Positions 45,658-64,000 of a stretch of 64,000 nt of DNA are shown here, piece by piece. Source of the stretch: Schmidtea polychroa (taxonomy: Eukaryota). Both the position numbers and the translations under genes were made by a program. Location of the stretch: assembly GCA_044892525.1 (NCBI GenBank), contig CM097885.1, positions 7,318,001 through 7,382,000 on the forward strand. The letters are read 5' to 3'. The stretch's first letter is position 1. Each line of letters begins with the position of its first letter. Under the pieces are notes generated by a model. The model had not been told where the DNA came from, searched no databases, and was given only the letters and a program-made list of their open reading frames with translations.

Positions 45658-46058
45658 ATAGTCATAGACAATTGCTTTAAACAAATATTATTGTTGGGAT
45701 TATAAATGTTTCGGTAGGAAATAATTACATCCGAGTCTGAATTATTTGGTCGTAATATCGTTATACCAATTTCAATGTACCCATTGGGATTCTTGCAACT
45801 TGTATCCAAGTTAACAAATACTATGTTACGCCATTATTAGTATTATTTGTTCTATTATTTCATCGTAGTATTATATATTAAACATTAAATTAAATACAAA
45901 ACCAATATTCTTGTTTTATTACACCTCACACCGACACCACGCAGAACACTTGATGTCGAATACAAATAGTACACCGAATGAATAATAAAAGACAAGTGAG
46001 CGAGAAAAGCGAAATAGACATGGAAATGGACTGTAGTTAACCTATACTTATGGGCGGC

Positions 46059-46718
46059 GGGACAAAATGGTAAAAGATAAAATAGTATGAGGACATAATT
46101 GAGATGATACAAGATGGTACGGACAAATTGTACAGACAAAATAGTAGTAATTTACTATTAAATGGCATGGACAAAATGAATAAAAAAATAAACGAACTAG
46201 ACTGATAGAGAACCAATAAAAATTCATTTTATTAAATACCATGTGACTTTAAATCAGTGTTTCTCAAACTGTGTGCCTCGAGACTTTATTTCTTAAAAAA
46301 CCAGGTAATAAAATGAAATTACAAAAACTATCAAACATTTTATTGTGAAAAGGTCACTTCTGTGGATCAAAATTACAAAGAATTGTCTTTATTACCTTAT
46401 AAAAATCTCTCGTAATTACATTTAATTAGTATAGAATAAAAAGTACTTTTTTTATATCATTGAAAAGTCAAAAACTTTGTAAAATATTTGATTTTTGGGC
46501 AGGTGTACCGCGAGCTTCTTTAAATTTTTTAGTGTGCCTCGAGCAAGAAAAGTCTGAGAAACACTGCTTTAGAAAGACTAATTGTTATTAGAAAATTAGC
46601 TCAATTGAAAGTTTAAAATGTTATAATATATAAGTTATAATTTATCTTTAATATTCTTTATTGACAAAATATCGGACTCAACCTAAATATTTGTCCATTC
46701 CATTTTGTCCTGGAACCA
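46059..46718. mobile_element. Possible MULE-like MITE remnant with GGACAAAATGG subrepeats, interrupted by the hAT MITE
   Basis: GGGACAAAATGG at ~46059 vs CCATTTTGTCC at ~46700, with repeated GGACAAA motifs. No TSD found. Confidence 0.4.
46255..46566. mobile_element. hAT (Charlie-like) MITE
   Basis: TIRs CAGTGTTTCTCAAACT and AGTCTGAGAAACACTG. Imperfect 8-bp TSD CTTTAAAT / CTTTAGAA. Confidence 0.8.
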
Positions 46719-47370
46719 GACTTGTGCCGTTAATTATTTATTATAATAATTCGTTTTATTCTTTTTTCAAAATCACCGGTTAAGTGTGAAAATGGTTTCC
46801 CTTAAACCGTTAACGTAAAATGTGCACAGCTTCATTGAACCTTACCTTGGGCACCTCATAAAACGAGCCTTTTATTTTTAAGCAGAATTGCACGGTAAAT
46901 GATTCCAACACATTGGTTAACAACAAAATTTGGTCCCTGACTTTCTTACTAAGAAATTCTTTCAAATTTGGGATACATGGAAGCTTTCTCTAAGGAGAAT
47001 GATGTTTTCTTTACAAATATTTTATTCAGTTTCCTCTTGTACCGTTATTCTTCTAACAAATTTCCAATATATGAAAAAATTCGAAAGCTTCAATATAAGC
47101 GAATTTACTACACTTCTCAACCAATTATGGGAAAACTTTTCTGGTTTCCGAGCTCCCTTTGATCATCAAATTATTCTGTTAATTCAAATGTATGAAGATT
47201 TACAGTGTTATTTTTTGTTTATTTAATTTTTATGATTATGACCGTAAATAACTTTTTAATTGATCAATTTATTAATTTAATTCTTGTGTTATCCTCCATT
47301 ACATCAACATTAATTATCATATGCTAAATAATAATAATAATATAAAATGATGATTGCTTGGTAGCAGCAT

Positions 47371-47655
<285 letters not shown>

Positions 47656-48424
47656 GTAATAATAATAATAACATAATAAATATTTCCAGTTAAAATATTA
47701 TTTTAGTATCATTCTGGAATATCCACGGTACCGTGATCATCAGCATAATTTCGATTGTTTGCATTGTAGGTATTTTTATTGGAATTATTTTCTGGTGTAG
47801 AAATTTGTTTGTCCATGGTTCGAAACAAATTGAGTAAATATTCTTATACTTTTATTATATATATTTTTAATTTCTCTATTCTAGTAATGAAGACAGTAAC
47901 AAATATTATGGAGAAGATGATGTATAATTTTTTATAAACAATTCATTCAACTTTTATATAATAACTAATAATCCACCAACCATAAATTTGAAAATTATAA
48001 ATTATTATTGTGTTATGAAATATATTAATTATATTTTATTATATTTTGTATGGGATTTTATATGATCCATCAAGCTATGTAGCGCAACTGGGGCAAGAAA
48101 TTAGGATGTTCTAGACCTAAAATTATAGAATCACAATTCCTAGTGAACTCCGTCCAATAAAATTATAAAGGTTTTGTGTGGACAGGAATTTTTTTAATTT
48201 AATGTTTTGTTTAAGTGAAGTGATTTTTCTTTTTTATTTATTTGTTTAAATTATATATTTTTTTAATTTTTGTTTTAATGAATTATTTTTTAATTAAAAA
48301 CACTAAACACTTTCTCTCAATAAAAAAGCACTAGGATTTTTTATGTTTCGAAAGTGATTTGTATGCATTAAATGGGCTATTCTTTAAATAATTAATAACT
48401 TGTAATTATTTTAAATAGGATATT

Positions 48425-48504
<80 letters not shown>

Positions 48505-49619
48505 GACGAGTGGATTAAGTTCATCACAAATCTCTTTAAATTAGTTTTCTCATCATCATTTAAAGCTACAATCTGAACAACTTTTTTTGATCACAGCCTA
48601 ACGACGTGCACACAAAATTGACCAATTATTCTATTCAAAATCCAACACAAAAGGTTCCACGACTCTTAATCAAAAACCCTCCAAATAAGTTCACAAACTC
48701 CATATTCAAATTAATCAAGATTGACCAAATATTTATTATTAGTTGTAACAAATATTATTATCCAAAACATATATTCAACACGCTATTATATAGCTCTTCA
48801 TTGCATAATATCTAAAAATGGAATGTGTTGGTTAACTAGATATTGATACAGGATTCCTGCAAACACGCATACACACCAACATTCAAAAACTAACATCAAA
48901 CATCATAAATAACCTCTGATCTTGAAACTACGATTTTGACATATTATTATGTAATTGCCCAGTTTAATTAATTGTGTAATATTTATTTATCATTCATTTT
49001 TAAAGTAAATATTTACAGTTAAAATTTAAAATTTGATGAAATTAAATATTTTTACATTGTGGAATTTCAGTATAATTTGTAAGAATAATTTTTGAAGGAT
49101 TTGATTTGTTCAGTTTAATTTCTCAAATTAAAATAAAGAGGATTTCTCATTTATTTCAGTAAGACATATTTTTATGTACACTTTATTAGTTAGATTTTTT
49201 TAATTTAGTTTTTTTGCAAAGAAAAGCCATAAAAATTCAGCAACTTTAGACAATTTTTATCCAAGTCAGAAAAAATGGTCCAATGTTTTCGAATTTTCTC
49301 AGACTTTTTTCATGAGTTTTAAAATAATTTTCCATGTTGTTTTATTTCTACTTATTTCTTTATTTTATTAATTCATAATGAAAAATAATATAAGTAAAGG
49401 TTTTGTTGCAATATGTATGCTTTTATCATTAATAATAATTTGCATTTTATGCAAATATTGTTATTCGGTTCAAAAAATTTAAAAAAATTATAGAAATATA
49501 TTGAGAAAATTATTTCAATTTCCTTCGTGTTTCTCTGATCCCTATTAACGGTGCAAATCGAGTTATTGGTGTATTTTAAAAAGTTCAATAATAAAATTAT
49601 GAATACTATTTTCAATTTT

Positions 49620-50390
49620 GTTTTAGATTAGCAAAAAAGGAAATAGTGAAAATTCATCTTTTAAAAGATAAAAAATAGCAAATTATCTTGGATGATGTTT
49701 ATAAAGCTTTACCAACGACATTTTGCTTTATAAATTGACAAGTCCTCTGACATTAGCTACAAAGAACATATATAGAATTCATTTGTTTCATTAATGAAGA
49801 CGAAATAGTGTATCAATTTCTATGCTACAAGGAGCTCACAGTGAGTTCTGCAGGACAAAATATCTTTGATTCTATTTCGTCATATTTAGAAAAATTTGAA
49901 ATATCATGAGAGTTATTAGGATTTTCATCCGTTAGAACATTAATATCTGTTTTCAAATCACAAAATAATTCCATAAATTTTATTTAATAAATTATACACT
50001 CAAAAACTTGTTTCATCTTATTTTTGTTATTTAAACAAATTTCTATTTTTCTTTTAAAATATTTTTCGATAAAAATATTTTTTAAAAATGCTAAATTTCA
50101 GTCTTATTTTTATTTTCTTATATTCTTTAATAAAAATATTTTTAAATTTAACAAAATTTCTAATAAATCTTTAAGAATTCTTCAACTTCCTCATAAGAGT
50201 TATGTGTAGAAATTTTGTAGACTCATTTAACGGATTAGTAACCCTTGTCAGGAAAAAACTCTAATATATTATCTACTCACTTTTTATTGCACATAGAATC
50301 TCTAGTGCTGTATACATGACCAGCAACATTAAAACCTATTTAGACCAAGTTTTAAATATGAACAACTACATAAAAACTAAATCTTATGAA
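49620..50390 (+). pseudogene. Decayed hAT (Charlie/Buster-like) transposase fragment, interrupted by a small insertion
   Basis: Translates to IDKSSDIS, FICFINEDEIVYQFLCYKELTVSSAGQNIFDSISSYLEKFEIS, then THFLLHIESLV and LDQVLNMNNYIKTKS. Confidence 0.65.
49917..50195 (-). mobile_element. ~280-bp small element with 8-bp TSD; uninterrupted paralog of the Polinton target sequence
   Basis: AGAGTTAT at 49909-49916 and 50196-50203. The sequence is reverse-complementary to ~13880-14082 joined to 38614-38626. Confidence 0.75.
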
Positions 50391-51100
50391 CGCTAAGTAC
50401 TAATGATTGCTTTTGCATATTTAAGAGAGATGGGAATTTTTATACATATTCTAAGATGATTAATTGATGAAATAAGAAATTATAAATCACTGATCTTACT
50501 CCAAGAGTGATTTGAATAACAACAATAACGAATTCCAGACAACATAAATATGTATTGATCAATACAATTACAATGTAGTCTTCCTATATTGATTACAATC
50601 ACACAGAATGATTTGACAATTTGACAATCCTTCTTGTACTTATTAATTACCATTGAATTAATTTATTTTGTTGTCATTAATTAATTAATTAATTAATTAA
50701 TTAATTATTTCTTGCTTTGCCAATATACCTTTTGCTTCTCACTTATTTCTCTATATAAATAATCAGTAATTATGCTAAATTAATTAATTTTTATAATTAT
50801 TACATCTTTAACAAAATGTTTTGCTGCAATTCAGAGCAGATTTGAGTAAACTTAGCAAATATAAGGAAAAAGAAAAAAAATCTCTGGGCCTTTTAGTTTT
50901 TATCAGCTTCAGCTAAATTCATTACTAAACTTCTTTCTAAAATGTAAATAATAATTCAACGCTTCTTCAAATTATGAAAAAGACTATCTTATAGTTGAAA
51001 ATTTTTTTATTTGTATTAAATATATTATTCGAAGCAAAATGCTTACATTATCCTTTAATTGTTTAAAATTTAATTAATTCTGCTACCAAGAAATCATCAC

Positions 51101-51309
<209 letters not shown>

Positions 51310-52849
51310 TCAACACAAAATTTTATAAACAAAGAAACAAAAAATTCTAACAATAGATGTTCAAAGATAAATATTTTTGAGAGGTAAAACAAATAAAAAT
51401 GATAATGAAGCTTCCTGTCAGATCTCGTTGGTTAAGTCAAGACCATGAAAATGTGTTTGCATTGCAGTAACAACAAAAGCCATATAAAGCGAAAGTTTTT
51501 AGATAAGAAAAGGCTACGTTTGTAAGTTAGGTCTGCAGAATTTACATGTTATGAAGATTTTTGTGCAATAATTGTTGAAAATAAAAGGAGAGATTTACAT
51601 TTTATATTTCCTCTTATTATTCATCTTAGATAATAGGTAAACTTTATTTTGGTGTTCATAAATAACTTATAAATATTATCACCATCAATTTTTGTATATT
51701 TGCAATTGGGTCGAATTGGCCCAGGTCACATATTTACAAGCCAGCATAAAAATAAGTGAAAAAAAGCAAATTAATCTTGCAAGTGACGCTAGGCACAAGA
51801 AAATATTGTGTTATATTTTAAATCACTATTATCTACAATAATCTTTCAAAAATCCGTTTAGTCATGTAAAACAAATAAATTTAATTACACCTGACGCGTG
51901 TTTGTTAATTTCATGGGAAAAAGGATAAATGAAGCAAAATTCAAAAATTAAGTAATCAACGATACAATAATATTTTTATGAAGGATGAATGGAATGTAGT
52001 TGACATAATAATAATTTATAATAAATCAATTATATAACCGGGTCACTATGACCTTGATGACTGATGTGGGAATGTTTGTGTATGCAATGAAGTGAAGTAT
52101 GTATCAATATCAATAATATACCTATTTGTATAGAATAATAACATCTATAATATAAGAAAATTAATAAATTTATATTATAGAAACGCACAAACTTATTTGT
52201 CTGTTGAATTTTAATGTTGCGTGGAATAGCAGCTTTAAATATAGAAATTGAGAAAGTAGCAAAAAAAATAACTGTAACGAACAGACATAACCTATAATAA
52301 AATATACATATAAATTTTCAAAATGTAGAAATGTTTGAATAAAATGAATAAAAACTTTTAAAATCTAATACCAAAAGCTCTACTGAATTCAATCTTACAA
52401 CTCTCGAGTTTTAGATTAAATAAAGAAAAAATATATTAAACGATGAAGACGAATTTCATTTTAAACGGTTATTGTGAATACCAAAACATTCATTTACGTG
52501 GTGCGATCAATAAGTAGTGAAATTTGTATAGAAATAAATAAATGAACGCATATATATTTTTTATTTACAGTAAACAAGTCATGTAAGTGTTAAATAATCA
52601 AAACACTACCAATCCCCATTCAGTTCGAATACCCCAATTCCAATTCAATCTGTCTTAATTGACTATTATGACTTAATTAAATTCGGATGGAGGGGTTAAA
52701 TTACTGCGTCTTATAAATATAATAAAACAAATAAAGTCAAATATTATTTAAACAAAAAAGATAATTTTTAGCAGGAAATCTACACAAAACTTTTTAAACA
52801 ATTTAATTATGAATTTATTTTATTTATATTTATTTATATGAGAATTTTC

Positions 52850-54201
52850 GTTTGGCGGATTGTCGTACAACCATTATCGTATTCCGACAATCCGCCAACA
52901 CTAAAACTGACCGGGTCACCTCATAAAATCGACTTCTAGTACATCGATTTTTAAAACATCGAGTGTGAAAAGATCTACTTTTAGCCTTAAAACATCTATT
53001 GTCGAAAACATCTACTGTCAAAAACATCAACTGTCAATAACATCTAGTAATAAAAGGCAAGAACATCAATCGCCTAAAACATCGAGTTTAAAAAACCTTT
53101 TTTAATTAAATGCTCTCATCATTTTTTTTAATTTTAATAGTTTTTTTTAATTTGTTTAATTTTGAAACTATCTCTTTTCGTTATATTTTCATCAATTTAA
53201 TTAATTCAACAAATTTTAATATCAGATGAAAGTTTAATTAACCTCAACATTTAATTTGTAGAACTTCAAAGCAATAATATTTTTTTAATATCTGGTTTTC
53301 TATTTATTAACTTGCATGCAATATCTTGCAAAAACTACATTTTGTTGGCTAATAGTTACATGCCTAATTTAGATAATTAAAACAGACACAAATTGATAAA
53401 AATTTTCTTCATATTTAATTTAATTTTAATTTGTAGATGTTTTAACACTCGATGTTTTAGAAGTTTTAAAAGTAGATTTTATTGACAATCGATGTATTTG
53501 TTGTTGATGTTTTGGACTCGATGTTTTATACAGTAGATGTTTTCGCCAATAGATGAATTAGAAGTTGATTATTTTGTTGTTGATTATCTAGAAGTCGATG
53601 TTTTGGGGGCGCGCCAAAACTGACATTTATAAAAAAAATATTTGTAGGTCATCATATTAAAATTAAAAGTCCTTTGTTGTGTATAACTCAATGGTAAAAT
53701 TTATCTAATCAATTTTTGATGATCTTGGTCAACTTGTGTTGAATTTAAATGTACATCAACTTGATTGATTTCACTGGACTGGTCCATGTAACCTTGAGCT
53801 CCTTTTCCTTTCTTTTGTCGCTTTTTTACCGGAGATTGTTTTGTACTAAAGATCACTTTTGGTTTTCTTGTACGCTTAAAGGGAAGCGTATCATCCATCT
53901 TTTTTAAATGATTAATTATTTGTTGCAATTAAATTGAAAATTAATATTTACCTCTCACCCAGTTAAATTGTTTAATTATTTAATTAAAATTTTATATTAA
54001 ACAATTACTAGTTGATTCTTATCTTTCAGCGGAGAATTTATTATTAAAATTTTAAAAATATAACAAATTTAAAATGTATGTATGTTAAAACAAAAATTTA
54101 TCGACTTTTTGGCAGATTGTCGCTTTGGCGGATTGTCGCTTTGGTGGATTGTCGCTTTGAACTATTTGGCAGTTTGTCGTTTGGCGGATTGTCGTACAAC
54201 C
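52850..54201. mobile_element. Older TIR-element remnant(s) with TTTGGCGGATTGTCG repeats hosting the MITE
   Basis: TTGGCGGATTGTCGTACAACC at ~52852 and ~54181, inverse CGACAATCCGCCAA at ~52885, tandem copies at 54108-54195. Confidence 0.5.
52912..53615. mobile_element. Mutator-like (MULE) MITE with AAAACATCGA subrepeats
   Basis: 9-bp TSD AAAACTGAC (52903-52911 and 53616-53624). Inverted subterminal arrays TCGACTTCTAG / CTAGAAGTCGA. Confidence 0.8.
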
Positions 54202-54699
54202 GAAAATTATAATATAATCATATTTATATTTAATAATGATTTATATAATGTTACATATAATCTATTTGGTGGTAGGCAAAATAGTTAAATTTGATTTCTC
54301 AAAAAAATGTTTATAATTATGGCTTTATACAAATTGCTAATCCCCGTTAAAAAAATATATAAAAGTAATAAGATTTCTAGTTGAATCGCCAAAAATTTGT
54401 AGCGATAAAATTTGCTATGAGCTAAGAGACATTAGCAAAAGCTGAAATAGATCAGACAATATCTATAAAAACAAATTAACAAGCATGTATAACACACCTA
54501 CATATATAGGTACACAATATTCTTTAGGGATATATCGTCTAGGCAGGTTTCTAGCACAATTCTTCTAATTGAAGTATATTTCCTCAGCAATCTTTTGAAT
54601 ACTGGAACCGCAGAAGCACAATTCTTAAATAAATAATCAAAGAAGAAGAAAGAAGCATGTTTAGACAATGAGATGATTCCTTCTTTATTTTCAAAATGA

Positions 54700-57240
54700 A
54701 GTTTTTATCTATTTACTGATGATGTTCGATCAATTCACCGAAAAACGTTATGTAGAATGTTGGAAGAACAGAGCAAAAAGAAATGGTTAATGGATAGCGA
54801 ATTGAATCTAATGAGATTGTCTTTGATAAGGTTAATTGGTAATTTTCGTTTTCAATTTTGTATCAAATGGGATATAAATGTTTTTGTTTAAAAACTAAAG
54901 AATAAATATGATAGCCATATTAAGAAGTTAAATAATTTAAGGAGATTGTTTGGTATTTATAAATTTGACTTTAAGGATACTATATTGAATATGAGCAAAA
55001 TTGTTATGTCGAAGGATAAGGAACGCGTGTTGAAATTTATCCCTAGTCGTGACATATATATCGTTTCTCATATAAAAAACTATATTAACAAATATAAAAA
55101 GCTACATTAACAATTGAAATAGTACATTAAAACTAAAAACACTTACATTGAAGAATATTAGAGTAAAAGCTAGAAAGTTATTTAAGAAGAAAAAAATGTA
55201 ACTTAACTAGCAGATTGGCTAGTAATTTAATATAGTTTTATTTAACAGTTAGCCAGTGGTTTTACACCATATAAATAACATGATGTTTACACACTCGACA
55301 CAAACACGTTTTTAACTTCAGAAATGAATTGATAAAAATAAATTATTCGCAAAAATTGAAAGATTGTATTATATGATGTGTGTGTGTGTGTGTCTAATAA
55401 GGATATTGATAATATGTAAAACACTTGTTGAATGTTTACACTACTGATTATGTTAATAAAAATAAAAAACAGGATATTAAGGACTTCATGGTACTGAAGA
55501 ATCTATATTTAAAAAGATATCAATGTTTGTAAATATGATAAAGGCAATGGTTTAGTGATGTTCGACCATGACGTCTATGTTAACAAATTAAATAATGTTT
55601 TATTATCTATCAGTTTATGAAAGTGGAGATAACCCGTAGTAATGGGAAGGATGAATTGGTTTCATTAAGACTGTTGAAAGAATTATCAGATAAGAAGCAT
55701 ATGGACGTTGCCTTGTCTAAGTCTATTCTTCCGAAAGGCTTCCAACCGGCAAAACTTTATGGACTACCTAAAGTGTGCTCTTGAGATCAGTCTCGTCGAT
55801 GATGGAAACTGCTCAATACTAAATTGCAAATTTTTTGGATGGGTTATTAAAACCTTTAATGATTACTTATTTTGATTTTAAGGACAGCTTTGAATTTTCA
55901 ACTTTTATTTCACAGTTAAATAAAAAAGGTACAGATAAATTTATGGTATCATTCGATGTGAGTAGTTTATTTACGAATGTCCCACTATCATAAATGATTA
56001 ATTTATGTTGCAAGATGTGGAAAGAATATCTTATCGAACATGAGAAATTTGATGAAATCGCATTTCATAAATTACTTGAATTTGCAACCTTTAATGTGAA
56101 TTTTATTTTTAATAATGAGTGGTATAAACAGATGAATGGTGTTGCTAAGGGTTCACCATTGGCTCCAACAATGACATAAATTTGTATGTCAAATTTAGAA
56201 AAGAAAATTTCAACATACAATTTAACTATACCAACTGTGTATAAACGTTATGTTGATGATTTTTATTTTTTAGTGTTTGAGAATATTCTACATATGAATA
56301 TTAAATTTACGTGTGAAGAAGGGAAAATATTTACGATACCATTTTTGGACCTGTTTACTCAATGAAAGGGAAAGACTATCAGACTAATATATACTGAAAA
56401 GCAACTAATACTGGTCTTTATACTACTCGTTAGAGATTCTGTGAATATAAATACAGGCGAAATATGGTGAGAGACTTAGTTATTCGTGCATCGTCTTTAT
56501 CATCCACGTTTATCAATTCAGCGAAAAGTGTTGATTCTCCAGTTGTATTGCTACATAAAAAGGGATATTCTAAATCTTTTCTTGGGAGCATGACAAAGGA
56601 AACCGTTGATGAATGGGTGGTGAATACTCATGATTCTTGCATAGGTTTGTCTGGCGGTGTCAAGGTCAGAAGGTGAAAAAATCGATCTAAGCACACTGAT
56701 CAAAAATACGTTTTGGTATTAACTTATTCAGAGGGTTTCAGAGAATTCAATCATAAGATTCTTAAAAATGTAGATAAGACTATATTTAGGATTGTTTCAA
56801 TGTCTTGCAAGGTTTGTAGCATGTTCATAAGTTCCCAACTCCAGATGGGCTGTGTTCACATCTTCTTCAAGTAATGGGTGTAATTCCAAATACATTGGCC
56901 CGTTATCTCTGCACTTGAGTTTTTGAGCATTGCCGACGGAATTGACTGAACCCCATTAGTGATCATTTTTAGGAAGTGTACCAGTAAAAAATAAGTATTT
57001 CTGATTTTAAGATTTTGCCGAAAATTTTGAGTAATTATTGGGAACGAGTAACGAGCGACACGTTGTTAATTAGGTCTTGAAATCCTATAATTAATATTTA
57101 AATTATTTTTTAGTTTGATACAATTTAATTACGATTATTATTGATTTATTTATTTTCATTTAGTTGTTAATAGTTTGTAACTAATACGATTCCTAGCCTG
57201 AATAAAACTGTTAAACGGTTGAAACATATAGCAATGTTAT
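54700..57240 (+). mobile_element. Decayed Penelope-like retroelement (RT plus GIY-YIG remnant)
   Basis: Frame-broken motifs KYDKGNGLV, AKLYGLPKV, MVSFDVSSLFTNVP, FNNEWYKQMNGVAKGSPLAP, YKRYVDD, IPFLD and CNSKYIG. Boundaries approximate. Confidence 0.85.
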
Positions 57241-57310
57241 ATTTTAATATACTTAGTTGGCGATTTTCAATTATTAAAACTTTTCCTTTTTCTTTGATTA
57301 AATGATAAAA

Positions 57311-64000
<6,690 letters not shown>

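Overview
This is very AT-rich, repeat-dominated eukaryotic DNA with tiny (about 40-55 nt) GT-AG introns, probably from an animal. The centrepiece is a ~24.5-kb Polinton/Maverick-like insertion at 14083-38607. It has AGTAGG...CCTACT termini, long TIRs and a 6-bp TSD (CTAACG), and an empty copy of the target site lies at ~49930. Its only recognisable gene is a protein-primed family B DNA polymerase (pPolB). Unusually, this gene has six short spliceosomal-type introns, all in its N-terminal region; the inferred product is ~1236 aa with one 1-nt frameshift. A near-identical inverted, 5'-truncated copy of the polymerase is also present. No integrase, ATPase, protease or capsid ORF is visible; the rest of the element is nested non-coding palindromes. 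Related gene-less elements with the same termini occur at 1-5438, 5439-6730 and ~39888-41698. A ~1.5-kb tandem satellite (57300-64000) reuses their modules. The window also holds a nearly intact hAT-like transposon, a decayed Penelope-like retroelement, a decayed pPolB fragment, several MITEs, mini- and microsatellites, and low-confidence host-gene exons. All alignments were done by eye, so boundaries marked approximate are approximate.
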